64,000 nt of DNA from Zootoca vivipara (lineage: Eukaryota). A program made the position numbers and the translations under genes. The notes beneath the pieces are model-generated. The model searched no databases and was not told the DNA's origin. It saw only the letters and a list, made by a program, of their open reading frames with translations. Shown here piece by piece: positions 37,616 through 53,413 of this stretch; position 1 is the first letter of the stretch; each line of letters begins with the position of its first letter. The stretch spans positions 28,458,001-28,522,000 of the forward strand of contig NC_083284.1 of NCBI RefSeq assembly GCF_963506605.1. The letters run 5' to 3'.

Positions 37616-37779
37616 CTTTTATTTATAAAATAAACTCAGAAAAGCTCACAAAAAACAGCAGTTCAAAATTAATAGAATCAGTTCCATACAATAAAACCAA
37701 GAGAAATATAAAACAATTCAGCACTGAAACAGGAAGACAAAGCTCTAAGCCACATTAAAAGCTTGATTTTTTTTTTTTA

Positions 37780-38165
37780 GTCCTAGGAAGTCACCTAAAG
37801 CATAGGAGAGAGGAAGCCAACTGAATGTCCTCTCTAGGGAGAGGAGGCCCACAATGCAGATGCTGCAACAAAAAAAAGGCGCTGCTTGGTCTTTTATGCT
37901 TCTGAAACTGGTGAGACACAGGGCCTCCAGTACTGAGCACAGTCGACAGACAGCATTACATGGGACAAGACAGCCCTGCAAATACCCTGCTCCCAAACCA
38001 TTTAAGTCTTTGTAGGTTAGGACCAGGACTTTGCATTGTGTGCAGAAACCAACTGGAAACAAGTGCAAATGAATCAAAGGTAGTTTTGCACCCCATGAAG
38101 ATTCTCCAGGCTCTGCAGAGCAAGGCACACATAGAGCACACCACTGTAATCTGGATTGTATTTGA
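37780..38165 (-). mobile_element. Degenerate L2-like LINE fragment
   Basis: KVLVLTYKDLNGLGAGYL motif in ORF 37745-38305. Confidence 0.6.
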
Positions 38166-38168
38166 CTA

Positions 38169-38394
38169 CAGTGGTACCTTGGGTTACAAACACTTCGGGT
38201 TACAGACTCAGCTAACCCAGAAGCAGTACCTTGGGTTAAGAACTTTGGCCCAGAATGAGAACAGAAATTGCGTGTCAGCGGCACGGCGTCAGCGGGAGGC
38301 CCCATTAGCTAAAGTGGTACCTCAGGTTAAGAATGGTTTTAGGTTAAGAACAGACCTCCGGAACGAATTAAGTTCGTAACCAGAGGTACCACTG
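38169..38394. mobile_element. Tigger-like MITE
   Basis: TA-CAGTGGTACCT..GGTTAC ... GTAACC..AGGTACCACTG-TA. Confidence 0.85.
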
Positions 38395-39534
38395 TACAAA
38401 AAAAAAAAATACAGATTAAAACATGAAGCTAAACTATCCCAATAAGTATCTCTTAAATAAATGAAGTTTAAAATTGCTTCTGGGCTTTGACAAACTTTAA
38501 GGAGGGGGATATTTCATAGCTAGAGAACAGCCACTAGAAACATTATGTGCCTTGCTGTTCTCCCTTAATGCACTAAGAACACCTTTAAAGAGAAGCCCCT
38601 GGCAGATCATAGGAATTGTGATCGATAATAGATTGCCAAGGCATAGAAACAGAGAATAGAGAGTAGAACAAGGCATAGAAACAGAGAATAGAGCTTCTTT
38701 CACATATAATGCACCATCTGCCCATAGGTTTTGCTGCAAAGTAACTGTTGCCTTTTCCCCATTACAGATATGCATTCTAGACTAGCTGCAGAAGGACAGA
38801 AAGGAAAGGCAGAGTGGGACTTTCTGCTCAAGTGCATCTGGGAACTACTGCCCACACCATTTTCCCACCCTGAGCTCCTTTGGGAGGAAGGTCAGGATAT
38901 AAATTTTAAAAATAAAACAAGTTAAAAACCACAACATGGTTCTTCACTTTGCATTCACCCCGCACCCTCCACAAACAATTCTGGAAAATGCTTAGTGGCA
39001 AAGGGGGACTTGAGTTGCTTTAGGTTTTCCTGAGACAGCTCAAGCAAACCAGAAACAGCATGCCTTCTGCATGTACAGCAGCATACTTTCCTGCTGAGAA
39101 GCATAGGATTTGCTTTCTCAGCCTCTTCACAATAATCAGGAGGCAGAAGAAACTAAAATGACCATGCTCCCCTGTTGACGTTTTCTGATAATCTATGGCA
39201 GGGGATGTGAAAACTCTTCATCCAGAAAAACATTGAGCCATACTTTCAAAGTTGCTCCTCCATTGCATAGAACAAAATATTGTGTTATCAGTTAACAACA
39301 CTTTTTTTAAAATGGATGTGGCCTCCACAAAAGGCTGGATGCTATTCTCCAAAGTCCACATCTTTGTTAGGGCTATTGGTGTGGCTCTTTAACAGCAGTT
39401 GCTACAGAAAAGCCAAATCAAGTCTGGACATAAAGAGACTGAACTACCTTCTCACCTCAACAGGTGGTTCCTCCAGAACAGGGTTGAGACATTTGGTTGA
39501 TACTTTGCTGTGGGGAAGCTTGCATGGCTGCTGA

Positions 39535-39565
<31 letters not shown>

Positions 39566-42500
39566 AGGCTTCAGTCTCTAGGGCTGTTAATCTGGCACCA
39601 TGCATGAGTGAAAAATCCCCCGCCCCCATTTAAAAACACACTTGGGGCTTGCTTAGGTGATCAGCTATCTGGCTTTTTGAACATCTTAAAGAGAATTTAC
39701 TTCTGATTTCTTTTAATCTGATCAGAAGCTAAATCAAACTGAGAGCATAGAAAGTACCCCCAGAAGTATTTGGACTTGCCTTGTCTCTTGTGCAAAAAAT
39801 AAAGTGGGGAAACTGTAGGCCTTGAATCACTCTGGGATTTATTTCCTGCATGAAGAATGGTTAATTCAGCTGTATCAACTCTGCTTTCTTTATATGGTAT
39901 CCAGATGCAAAAGAGGGCAGGACTCCTACACCTTTAGAAAAATGAATTTCAGCATGTGTAGTTTGCACTCTAGACCTGCTGAAATTCCCTCTCCTATGCC
40001 ACTATTAAAAGGTGCAGGAATCTTGTCTTCATTTGCATCTGGTCACCCTATTCCTAGATCATGTAAACAAGCCCTTAAGTTTCATTCAGAATAGCTGCAG
40101 AGTTTCTCTTGCTTTGCCACTTAACAGCCCTCTGTTGGCTTTTCTAAACCACTATTCTGAACACCAAAACCACTGTCACTCCCTTACAAGAATTATCAGG
40201 CCAATTTTAAATGTTACAAACTCCCAAAAGCATTGTGAGTAGCATTTAAAAGCTTGTCATTCCTTCCATTTACCAAAATGTGCCCAGTGCTTTCACACCA
40301 CCAGCAGCAATGCACATCCCAAGCAATTGCTGGCCCTTGTACAAATTTGACCTTGTGCAAATTTGAGCCAATAGCTACATAGTGTAAGAGGCTTTTAGAT
40401 GTTATGCCTAGCATACAAAGCATGAGGATAAACACTTCAGCCTTCACACGGGAGCTATAATGTTTCAATTGGCTCTCAGTTAACTACATGTGAAACTTTG
40501 TTAACTGTGCTCACATTTGAAGGAACTATATTGATCGAGAGTTTTGACTAATTTCTCTTCCTAACAGAAGCCCACATGAGTGAAATCATGTAGAATTTCC
40601 AAAGCCAATTTGCAGTACTGATTGACTGCTGTTTGAAGACACATCTCTTCTAGGTTATAAGTGAAGCAGCTTGTTCTACAACACTAGAAGACTGAACAGT
40701 TCCTCACAGTAGACCAGTAGACAGAGTACATTGTAATACTGTAAATGTAAAGATGGTTGAACTGCATTCATTTGGCCACTCTTTTGGGAGCTATGCAGAG
40801 TTAGGAACATCAAAAGAATTAGAGGCTCAGTACTGCAGTACTGTTTATTTTCCTTCAGATTTCGTGTAATTTCTATTCTTCTTCTTTCTTTTTTTTGCTC
40901 CCTTTCAATTACTTCCAACATTATAAATATGCAATAACAAGGGATGTAAAAAAAATGCACCCAGTTTTACAAATGCAAATGATTCTGACTTTGTACCTCC
41001 TTCTTGATTGCTGTTAATGACAATATTGACCCTGCCAGCTCTTGGGCGGATCAAGAGGAGATCTCCAGACTATGACCTATTTCAAGCTCTTTTTGCCCTA
41101 TTTCAAGCTCTTTTGAAGACACCGTATCAGAGGATGGGAATTCATCAGGGGTCTCTTATACAGCCCAACCGCGCTTCCACAACTCTTAGGGAATCAAATA
41201 TGCAAACTATTCCTGAAGTAGTCTAGTCATATTCTGTACTAAACCAATTCAACATGCACAGTGATATAAAGCAGCTCTCAAAGAAATAAAAAGAATTTAT
41301 GATGCCCAAGCACTAACCAAATATTACAAATGAGTAGTATGTTTGTTATATGTGAGGAAACATGATCCATGAAACCATTGTGAAGGTCTCAAACATCTTC
41401 TACAGCCTATCTGTAATGTGAAGCTGTGGCCTGATATATTAGAAAACCTTAAAGGGTATATACAGGTAGCCTTTAGATCCAATTTCTTAAAGAGATTCTC
41501 CTCTCCCGCATCAGGTAGAGGCACCCAGTCTCATTAGGGGTGTCTCGGATAACTGACCTCTCTGCATGCAGCAGGGTTTTTAAGTTGTTTTGATTGGGAG
41601 TAGTTGACAAGAATGCATATGTTTTTATTAGACACTCTGTCTTATGCATGTGGAGTGTTCAATAAAGCACTTCTTTTTTATGGCAAAGCTGTAGGGACAC
41701 TGTGCTTTCCTCTCTGCCCGCCTTGCATCCCCATGGCCCCTTTACTCAGGGTTTGCTAATGTCTCCACAGTTACTAGTTAAACATAAAAGGCATCTGCCA
41801 GGGTGGTGGGGCAATGGATCAGGAAAGCAAAGCTGGGAACATTTATTGTACAAAACTAGCTTGTTATCCTACGCCACAAATCAGTGCCTCCCCGCCTGTT
41901 ATTGTTGCAAAAACCCTGTGGGGTAGGATTAGGCTGAGAGTGTGTGGCTGACCTAGTCACTTATAAAGCAATCCAAACGATAGGAAGCCAGGGCAATTTT
42001 TTTCCAAACTTGGTTCAGGAGTGGGACTACTGCCAACTGTGTCAGCTTGCACCACCCTTGACTTACACCAACCTTTCTGCTCAAGTAAATTTTATTGGGT
42101 GAATAGGTCACATGATCAAGCTAAACTAAGTTTCAAGTGGAGTAAGTCACACCCCAGAATCCTCCTTTTATGGGACTTACCTGGGATTTGGATGAGCCCT
42201 GATCCCAGGATGTGAACAAAAGCACATAGTCAGCCAAATATAAATGTTTGAGAAACCATTTTTAATGTGGCTGGTTTGCGTAATTTTATGGTTTTGTGCA
42301 AATCGAAGGAGCAAAATTAAGAAATGTCTAAGGCTACGCTTTGTTGAGGAACATGCTAGAATGTACGTAAAAGGAAATGAAAGCACTAGGGAAGTAGTGG
42401 CCATGCAAAGGGGAAGAGCAGAAAGTGGTGATCGATTCACCTACCCCAAAGCACTGCAACAAATAGTCTGTGACCCCGAGTGAAGCGGTTTGAGGGCAAA

Positions 42501-45178
42501 TTCCCCCCAATTCATTAGATTATCCCTATATGGCTAAACCCACATTTACAGGGGGAAAGCATCAGGGTTGGTGTTGTTGGAAGGCAGCGTCATGTAGATT
42601 GTGCAAATTAAATAGGAATGTTAACAGCTGCAGACACACAGTAAACTTCATTGTAGACAAGCCCTGCACTATACAAAGTGAAATAATGAAAGTGTGTACA
42701 ACCAAGATGCTATTGTTAGTCATTTTATAATCTGAGGTGATAAGCATCATTGCAGTGCAAGTGTTTTATATGCTACACATGGATGGCTGGGCCAGCTCAA
42801 AATGAAATCAAGTCCTTGTTGTGAAAAGACTATGTTAAACCACATCAGTTGCAGCACGGGGTAAACTTGGAAAATAGTCAAACACACACTTCGAGTCAGC
42901 CAAGTTTGTTCTGATACTCCAGCACACCACCAGATGATGTATCCATAAAAAAATATATCCATAGGCGTCAAGGCAACCTTTGCCCAAAGCATATAATAAA
43001 ACCCTCCCAGAGGGCACAATCCCTATGTCCTGTTTTTCATTAAATATTCTTAAGAGAAATGATTCTAATACCAATTCAGTGCAAAGACCGCAAGATTATC
43101 ATGGATTTATATTTGACGGTATCAAATTTGAAAAACATGTTTTTTGTTAGAGGAGTTGGATTTTGCTCTTCTGACCAAGCCATGCCTGTTGCAGACGGAT
43201 AATAAAGCACCAAAGTTGCTGCTTTGATATGATTTGTTAGATGTGTTTTGGAATTTTTGGTAACTACTGGATCAAATCAGGCTTGGGGATCAGGAGATGT
43301 CTGCTACTAAGCAGGCCTTTGATATGGTTCATCTAGCCCAGTATTCTGCAGAAGTCACCAAAGGAGCTCTTTCCCCAATTCAGCTAAAAATCATTAACCT
43401 GAGCACAGGAGCTGAACTGTGTATGCTCTGCCACTAAACTATGGCTTTCCCCTTCTTAAAACCACACAGAAACACGAGATTTATCCGACTAGGTCTTATC
43501 TCTAATGCACAGTTCTGTTAACTATACAAATATTTTTATTTGTAGAACTCACTGACAAGGTCCAAAACATTTTGGCCACTAAACTACACTTTTGCTTCCC
43601 GCATTTCCCTCCCATTTATCCCCCCCCCCAAAGGAGGTGCCCTCCAAATGTGAATGGACTGCAATCCCCATCATTGGGAGTAGTGGTCTAAAACATCGAA
43701 AGGCTGGAGAAGGCTGCTATAATATAACCTGTTTTCTGGGAGAAGCACAGGAACAAGCAGCATATGTTTGAACAGGTTCAACAGATTTTTATAATGTCTT
43801 TACTGTATTCCCATTTCTGTTTTGTAACATTTTATGACACCTTGTAAGCCACTCTGTAAAGATTTTGCTAAAGGTATACATTTCCTAAATCAGATAAATA
43901 AAACAAATGGGAACAATTTCTCCAGGTAAATCCATAGATTAAAGAGAAGATTTCCAGATAAACCTGTTTATATGACTCAGAACCAGACTTGAACCCCAGC
44001 CCCTGATGAAGCCCTTTCACAAATGAAGCACTACTCAGAGTAGCACAAAATGCATACATATACAGATTACAAGTGGGTACCTCAGATTTCCCTGAGGTAG
44101 TGTCAAACCTTCACCTTGACAGTACCATTTCAAATGGCAGGTGGGCATGACAGAATGCTCTTCCATATAAAAAAAAATATCCCCAAACAAAACCTGCATA
44201 GAGAAAGCTAGACATGAGAGGGGAGTGTTGTTGCCCAGCCCTTGACATGCTACTTCTCTATCACAGTACTTTGTGATTTGTTATTGTTATGAAGGAAGGT
44301 TTGAACATGGGAGCCTCCACATATAGACTGAAATACTACACTCTGTGATGGGGGTCTACTTTTTGCAACAGAAGTTGTACATAGGTGAGATGAGATAAAG
44401 TTGTCTGCTTCCCAGCTAACCTAGTTGCAATATGTTGCTTCAGAAACTTTTTTCCACAACTCAGCTCACTTTTGGTGGTGGAGCCAGACTGCAAGAAAAG
44501 TGTATGAAGTCAGTCTGTTTTGGACCACAGTCACAAACAGCTCATGAACCCTAACTGCTACAGCTCACTGATGTATTTAATTGTACATAGCCATAGCCAA
44601 TATATGGTAATTAGCAGGTATTTTCATATCAGATGCTGTGTCTCAGGCACCACCGTGTATAGCTTCTTACTACAGAATTATTATCTTCAAATGCTAAAAA
44701 TTTGAAAACTTGTAATGTTTCAGTTCTGAGCTTAAAACTAAGAACTTTAGTAAACTTAAGAGAAAATGAATGAATTACAGTTCCTTTTCACTTGCCATCT
44801 GGTTTCTGAGCTTCCAGCCCAAATTGCTATCATGTTTCCCAGTCTTATCTTTGAAACCATAAGGGTTTAAAAGAGAAAAAAGAAAACTGAGATTCATGAG
44901 CTTCTGTAACAGGCACTGTAGCTCATTTAGTGTAGTTTATGCCAATTTTTACTTGCTGTTTTAATGATGTGGAACAATTGAAGGGTTTTGAGGGAGCACT
45001 GCTTGCTCTTTTAAAGCTTCACCCCTTAAAATTGTATAAATAGGGCTGAAATCTCTCTGAGCCTGTCTATAGCTCAGAGGCAGAATTTCCAGTTGTTGGA
45101 GGCAACTTAGCTTTCCACCTTCTACCCTAACCTACAGATGCAGAATTAACTATGCAGAATATACGCATTTGCATAATC

Positions 45179-45314
45179 CAGGCATCCTCAAACTCGGCCC
45201 TCCAGCTGTTTTGGGACTACAACTCCCATCATCCCTAGCTAACAGGACCAGTGGTCAGGGATGATGGGAATTGTAGTCCCAAAACAGCTGGAAGGCCAAG
45301 TTTGGGGATGCCTG
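45179..45314. mobile_element. hAT-type palindromic MITE (136 bp)
   Basis: Near-perfect hairpin CAGGCATCC..CAGCTGTTTTGGGACTACAA / TTGTAGTCCCAAAACAGCTG..GGATGCCTG; 8-bp flanks GCATAATC / GCTGAATC (6/8 match). Confidence 0.8.
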
Positions 45315-47089
45315 GCTGAATCTGTATAATACATGCAAATTGAGTCAATTATTCTTATTGATGCAGCATTCAGGTTTTTATCTTTTTCAGCACTTAATAT
45401 TCTCAGACTTGTTTCTACTCATTCAGACCGATGGTCTGTCATAGGAATGGGCAGAAAGGGGGTCCCAATCCCTTGGTGAACCACAAGCCAATGTGCCGGG
45501 GGCCATCTTGTGTCTGCTGTTTGCAGCAGTACTTGCAAACATAGAAGCCAACTCCTAGGAGCCGAGGGGGCTTTTGCCCCCCCCCCAATAAAATATCTGA
45601 GGGGTGGTGTGCATGCACCACATCATGTGATCAATTATGCACGATGGGGCTTACCTTGGCCCCCTCAATATCTTATCCACGTTGACACCCCTGCTTGCGA
45701 ATGTAGGAGTTGATTTATCTTGCTTTGAATCAAGCTAGGCACTTCTTAAGCAAACATGCCTATTCTTGATCACTCAACGAAGATCAGTAATACCCAGCTT
45801 TGTAAAAGCACACTGTTGGGCCAGGAGTGTTCAAGGAAGATAGAAAGAAAAGCATACGATGCAAACTGAAGCAAGTCCATCCCTGATCTACTTGGTCCAA
45901 TATTGTTAATGAGCTTGAAACCCAGGGGTTCAGAGACGGAGGATGGGGCCCATCCCAGCTCTGCTGCTTGAGCTTTCCAAAATGGAAATGCCATCATTCA
46001 ATCTTCACACCTCATACATAAAAATACACTGATGTGGACATATTTCCATGACTCTCGAAGCAATTTCAGGGGCAAGGTCCACACTAGGTTTTCAATATTT
46101 ATTGAATAAATAATGCTTCAGGACGCAGAGATTTCTGGGGGGGATGGGAAATGTTTTTCGCCTCCTTTCTCTCTCCTTCTCTCTTTAATTTAAAGTTGAC
46201 TTCTCAGAATAGCTTTCATTCACTTTGCTCTCAATGTAGCTAGTTTGTAAGTTGTATTTTTTTAAAAGGTCATTACATATGTAAGCTATTGATCCTGATA
46301 TGCAAGCTCTTCTGTCTTTCAACAGGCTCATGCATCCTGTCTGCCTTAGAAAGAACAGTCATCGTTGTTTCACCCTGTTAGAAGCATTCTGGTTATTATT
46401 ATTACTTTCATATGATTTATGGCTGAAAACACAAAAGATGGTGCAAAGATCCGGTGCCAGATTCCCAGATGGCATATAACATGAGCCAAACTGTGAAAAA
46501 TATGTAAGTATTGGTATATCTATTTCATCAAAGTGTTGGCGCAAGGGGCGGGTGGAGGGAAGGAGCAATGGGGTTTCAAAGACTAAGCAGGAAACCAGCC
46601 AGATAATTTTTTACAGTCTTGCAATTCTGAAGCAGCAGCAGCAGTCAAGGGTGCAGCCGTGCTATTGAAAATGTAACCCAGGGTCAAACGTAATGACAGG
46701 CATTATCAAAATTAGGGCAGGCAGATTGGAGCTTAAATCACACAGCCAGGAGTCGTTTAGTGGAGCCTGAATGTGAGGTCCCTCTATACTTTGGGGGCCG
46801 AGTTTTCGTCTGTTGCTGAAATCATGTCTAACTGAAATGTCGTCAGCGCAAACTTTAATGGCTCTCCTGATATTGTCTGCCACAAAGATAAAAAAAATGA
46901 CTGCAACATCACGATAGATAGATATAGTTAAGAAGTTACTCTTTTTAAAATAATAATCCCTAAATGAACAAAATCAAAACAAGTATGCAATCCGTTGAAC
47001 TAGTTTGGACTGATTAAAAAGAAAGAAACTATCACAAAGGACCCGTTTATTATCTAGATATCTAGGCTATTGCAAAGGAACACTAGCTA

Positions 47090-47500
<411 letters not shown>

Positions 47501-49002
47501 TCAACCCAATTAAGATTAAACCAATTAGAAAGACATCTAATGCCCTTTATGTTACACAGTTAAGTCGCTTCGTAAAAGATGAGCCATGGCGCATCTCGAG
47601 AAATTGGCACGTTCTTTGCAACAATCATGGCTAAAACTAAACTCTGATTAATTAGCTTAAATCAAAAGAGAATGACTTCAAAGAGGCAAAGCCTGTTGCC
47701 AGACTACAAATGTGAAAGAGGGCATGACAGTTTAAATGTTTTAAAACTTAATTAACAATATACATAGCAGATTTGTTTTAAAACAACCAGAGTTGGTGTG
47801 TATACGCTTTTTGTGTTTCAGTTGCTAGATGAAGCCTAGCACTACAATGTATAATATCCTAATCCAGAATCTCAAAACTCAGCTAAATGCCCCTGAGATA
47901 CAGTCCTTTTTGTTGGCTTATTTGAACAAATGCACTTCAAGCATGCAATGAAATGGAGATAGCAGCTAAACATCAACCATTTTAGCAATGTTGAAACCCT
48001 GTATTAAAGCATTTAGGAAGGGAACAGAAATTCAGGTTTTGATTGCACCTTTTTCCAATTATTGAATGAAAGATGTGGAAATGCCAGAGCTTAATGAACA
48101 GAAATAAGTGGCAGAGTCCAATCAGACAAAACAGTGTTTCTTGCAAATTCTACATGGCTTCTCCTCTGCCAGTTCCATCAAGATCCAGGCAGGATGAAGT
48201 ATTGATAAGGAGTCCCTGCTCAGGCTATTGCCTAAAGGTTTATATGGTCTGCTTTAGAAACAATGGAAGCATCTTGTTGATACCTAGAATCCAATAGATA
48301 ATTTAAATACCTTCCCATTTATTTCAACCCAAGGAAACGTCCAGGGGAAAAGTCATTTCTTCAAGCCATTATTTTCTACCAAACAATGAGTCTACTAGAT
48401 TTTTTAAAAAATAACTATTCGATCAAGTTTCAAGGCAAATATCATGATGCAAGTGTGTCCAAGAAGAAGAAAAAAGATATGTGAAAGCAGGAGCCTATAT
48501 AATAAACTTGGGGTTTTCCTAAAAGGAAACGCTCAACCTATTAATTGTAAAATATTCGGATTATATGCGTTGGCTGAAATTCTCAAACCAATTAAAGCAG
48601 CCCTATGAGCTAAATCATTTTTAGGCTGCCAAATCTCCAAACACACTTACAATGGAAGCAAGAGTAACAAGGAAGTGTTCGGAGCTGCAGGATATGTCTT
48701 ATTCATGTGAACAGCCATCTTAAATCAGGGGTGAATAAATTGAACCTACAAATCGCATTATTCCTGACCTGAAGGGCAGTGGAATCCAACAACATCTGGA
48801 GGGCCACAGACTTCCCGCCACTGTCTTAAATTGACAAAACTACGGTAGGTTATGGAGCCAACTACCAAAGAGCCTCATTATTAGGTCTTATCTGTTTGTT
48901 AATGCAAAGCCCAATACAGCAACAAAAATCTATACAATAGCAATTCAAGGTGTTATGCGAAGCTTGATTTAATTAAAAGAAAAAAGAAGAAAAGGTTTTT
49001 AC

Positions 49003-49087
49003 CTGAGTGAGTAATCATATGGCGTTTTAGCTGGTTAGCTGAAATAAATTTCTTGTCACATTCCTGACACTCAAAGATCTCATGAAC
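49003..49087 (-). CDS. PRDM5: PRDM5 exon 9, 85 nt
   Basis: gcag|GTT acceptor, G|gtaaaa donor; encodes [28 protein letters not shown]. Confidence 0.95.
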
Positions 49088-52000
49088 CTGCAATATGAGT
49101 ATTTAATGATAATTAAGTATGTGTCTCACACAAGATCACACATCTTAAGCTAATAAAAGAACACCTCAAATAGACTGTAATTATTCCTTTAGCTCGGAGC
49201 TATGCTAATACTCATGGATGTACTTCCTTCCTTAACCCCTTTGCTTAACAACCGCATTTCCAAAATTAAAAAGTTCATTCCAGCAAACAAAAATTACCTC
49301 ACAGTCCACAATCCATAACCCACTCTTTAAAAAATTAAAAATCAACATTTCTAGGACTACTGTAAAATATGTGTTCACCCCCCAAAATAATTCTCTCAGA
49401 ATAGGCAATTTTTATACATAACCTTTTTCCTTCCAGCATAAAGCCTGAAAATACAGAGAACATTTCAATAATGTGCACTGACTTCTAAGAATAATATAAT
49501 TATAGTCTAATGTACTCATAAACACCAGTCATACTTACCAGAGAGTAAGCCCTGTTGAATACAGTGGCAGTCATTTCTTAGTAAACTTGCGTAAGAATTG
49601 CACTGGAAATCATTCTCTTGGCTACTATCATATTTTCCAAAGTAGCAATGATTTTAAAATTGTAAATATAACTCTATACTGTATTACTGTTCTTTGAGTA
49701 CCAAGCTTCTGGACAAAGATGTCTGGGGACAAAAAACACTAATTGTCCGAATTGCTTGAGCCTAATGAACATATTTCTTCATTTTTTAAAAGTGACAGTT
49801 TTAGAAATCTTCATTTGTCTTATTAAAAAGGACAAAAATTAATTTGCCAAACTTTCCAAAGGTGAACTTGACATAGATTAACTTTGCATGATAACCAACT
49901 AGGCGATAACCACAGTATAGATTTTAGCACCTTAGTTCCAGTAATTTCAATGAGGGTAGTAAAGTATGACTAAATTCAAAACTAGATGATATATTTGACC
50001 TCTTTCTCTACATTTGCTTTTCTTCTCTGCTTTCCAAGAAGCCTGTTGTTCCAAATGTTGCTGCAGACATAATTTTTATGTGGTTTTCACATTTCTATGA
50101 AAAGCTTCCTTACATTTAATAATTTGTTCCAGATAGACCTTTGTGGAACTTGAAACTCATCAAATGCCCAATGTTTAATATAATCAAGAGTCTGCTCCGA
50201 ATTCCCACCTCTGCACTAGGACTGGGGTCAGAAGGACAGTTACAGCACCATAAATTTTGCATGGTGTCATAATCTGGGTACAGCATCATGCCTCGACAGA
50301 GGATTCTTTTTAATTTCTCAAAAATGTAGGCCTGTACATTATGAGAATGAGCTACAGCAAAATCCAGACTTGCATTGCCCCCTCCCCCTCTGGGTGCAGC
50401 TACAGTGATAAATTCAGATATTTTTGCTTCCATTTTAGATGAACCACCACTTGTTGTAAAACCCGAACCCAAACTGTGGTTATTCTTAACTATGTTAGCC
50501 AGAGTTAGGAACTGGACATAATAGGAAACTGAGGGTTATCTAAAGTGGATGTGGAAGTTTCTAATCTCCTCAAAGAGGAAAATAGAAGACAAAACATTAA
50601 TTATGTTTAAATATTTTGCTGTTTGCTGACCTGGGCTCTTTGGGGAGGAATGATGGCGTACAAATTTAACCAGGGAACTGCAAAAGGTGCCCAGGGTTCA
50701 GGACCTTTTTCCTATTTGCTTTTTTATTGTTGAGGTAATATTCTCCCTTGTTAGGCAAAGGAGACAGACACATTAAAAGCTGCTGCCATCACACCTGGTT
50801 TGTCATTTAATCTACTGGTTTGGTGAATAGATAGGTGTCCTTTGCCCTTCAAAAAACCCCAAACCAAAAAAACCTTATGAGTGCAGCAGCAACATGAAAA
50901 TCAACCAAAAAACAGTTGGAAGAATATCAAGAGGAAAGTATAATTACAAGAACAAGTACGGTAACACTCTCTGAAATACTTGCATAGCAATGTTTAGGGA
51001 TACCCCTCAGACTGGGTAATTCCTGACAGACTTTGACTTACAGTCCATAAATCTGCCTGATTGTTTTTCCTTAGAACTCAGCTAATACTATAAGCCCCTG
51101 AAGAGATTCACTAATCCAAGCAATGTGATCTGACCTTTCAAACTTTTAAGACAATTCGAAATAGCTGGCTAGTTCTAGGCTTTATGCGGGAATTAACCTC
51201 ACAAATATATGTCTGTGAAAGAGATTTCTCATTCTGTATCACTACCCTCCCAAAACTGTTCCTGGATTTGGATCAGGTTTTTTGCCTATGAAGGTAGCTA
51301 TTAAACAAACTGCTTAGAAATAATATTAAAATTTTGAAGGACAGGTAAATTAGTATACAGGTAAGCTAGAGTCTGCACTGGAAACAAAAGAATCATCATA
51401 GGTGTGAAATTTAAGGGATGTTTTCAGTTGGCATTTGGTTTTCAAGTCACAGGAACCCATTAATACAGTGGTAGCACACATTTCTGTATGCTGATGCAGA
51501 CCTGCATTTAGGTGAACTTGTTCAGACATACAGTCTGTATTTGGCATGGTTCTCCCAGCAGCAAATGCTTACAATGGTGGAACCCTATGTGGTCATCGAT
51601 GCAGCTGGTTCACCACATAATCTCAATGTCATAGATTTAAGTAGAACTTAATTGTACAGCTCAAAGGAATGATTTTCCAGTCTATGGCTTTTTGTACAGC
51701 TTTCTGGGATATTTGTAAAATAAAGAGTGAAACACAACCACCTTTCTTCTTATAAGACCAGATCTTAAACCAGGTTTTACGAGCAATGAGCTCCTACCCC
51801 CGATGTGATACTCAGCTAGAAACAAAGTAAAAAATCCTCAAACATTCCTTTCTGAAGACTGTCTTCAGCTGAAAGGTCAGAAGAAGATTAATGCAAACAA
51901 TATATTTTTAAGGGTTTTAAAAAGAAAATCTACAGAAGATTTTCATCTCCCTTTCCAGTACAGTATCATACTGTAATAAATGCAGCCTAAATAATAGAAT

Positions 52001-53333
52001 CTGTCTTACCAGCTGTGCCTTATTTGCCATATAAAACTCTCACTAAAGCTATTTTTACGTTAATAAAATATACCCAAAATCTCCCCTGTCTCCCCCCCCA
52101 AAAAAAACCTTTATACGGTACTAGCATACAGTGGCTTGGAGTAAGCATGGGGGCAACATTGCTGAGTTGCAGAGAGATTTGTTATTTATGCTGCTGCTTG
52201 GATTCTTAGAATAGGTGCTATGCCTTGGTGTTGCTGCAAAACAAGATATAAAGTCTGGCAATTAATAATACTGGCAAAGAATAAAGCCAGGCAGCAGTAG
52301 AAACCTGACAAACACCCAAGCAAACTGAAGTGAAATTCAGGCAGGTTTATTAACGCCATTAAAGGGTGCTTATTAATGCAATTAAATTGCCCTATGAATT
52401 TGAAGCAAGTGTCTTTGTGTCTTCAGTGTCCTCATGAGAAACAACTGCAAGTTCTTCTACACATCCAAAGGATGCCCCCAAAATGTGATTTAGTTTAGGT
52501 CAACTAAAAATAGTTTAGATGCACTTTTTGAATAGAAAATATTTATACAGTATAAGTGCAGAATTTGGTATTAGACAGAAAAGTTGGGAACGTCACTTTT
52601 CATTTTAAAAATCTGTTTCTAAGAATTAAGAGTACCTGAGTGGCTTCCAAATGTGTGGTGGATACCTAGAAAAATCTCAAAATGCCAGAGGTATTTTGAA
52701 CAAGATTTGTGGGATCAGGGCTATTGTGTCCCCTCAATCCGTCACAAGCGGAAGCAAAGTGCATTTTGCATGCCAGGTAAACAGATACCTATTTGCAGAG
52801 ATACCTGTTTGCTTCGTTTCCATAATTTGTGAAGGTTAGAGCAGTAACCTTTTCTTTTCTTTTCTTTTAGATCCTGATTATTTTTGTTGCATGCTACTTG
52901 CTGCTTTGACGCTTAGCATTAATAGCCTTTAGCAGTACAAACAATATGCAGTGGGCTTCTGTTAAAAGAAATTAATTCCTTATGTGGATTTGCCAGTTAT
53001 CCAATTATTCTTTTAGGGTGTTTTAAGTTTAATGGGTTCAGAATATATTCAGTGTTCTACATGGAATTTGACTGGAAAGTGAAAAACGTAACAGAAAGCT
53101 AAAGTACTGAGCACAGCAAACGAAAGAAAAGAAGAGAAATACAAGATCATTTTCTTTTCATTTACTGTGTGGTTGTGAAAATAAAAAAGCTCAGGATCTA
53201 AGCAGACTACTGTCTTTGTGAACATGAGAAAAATGATAGTCTGAATTTCAGCAGCTCTCTAGCGACCCTCCTCTATGGCCTTCTACCTCGGCAGAGTCAC
53301 AACCTGCTGGGGGTCAGCCTTCATTTTACTGAC

Positions 53334-53413
53334 CTTTCGATGCTCTTGAAGATTTGTTGCTGAAGAACACCTCTTATTGCACACTGAACACATCAGCCTC
53401 TTCCTAGAGTTTC
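53334..53413 (-). CDS. PRDM5: PRDM5 exon 8, 80 nt
   Basis: ttag|GA acceptor, AAG|gtcagt donor; encodes (G)[26 protein letters not shown]. Confidence 0.95.
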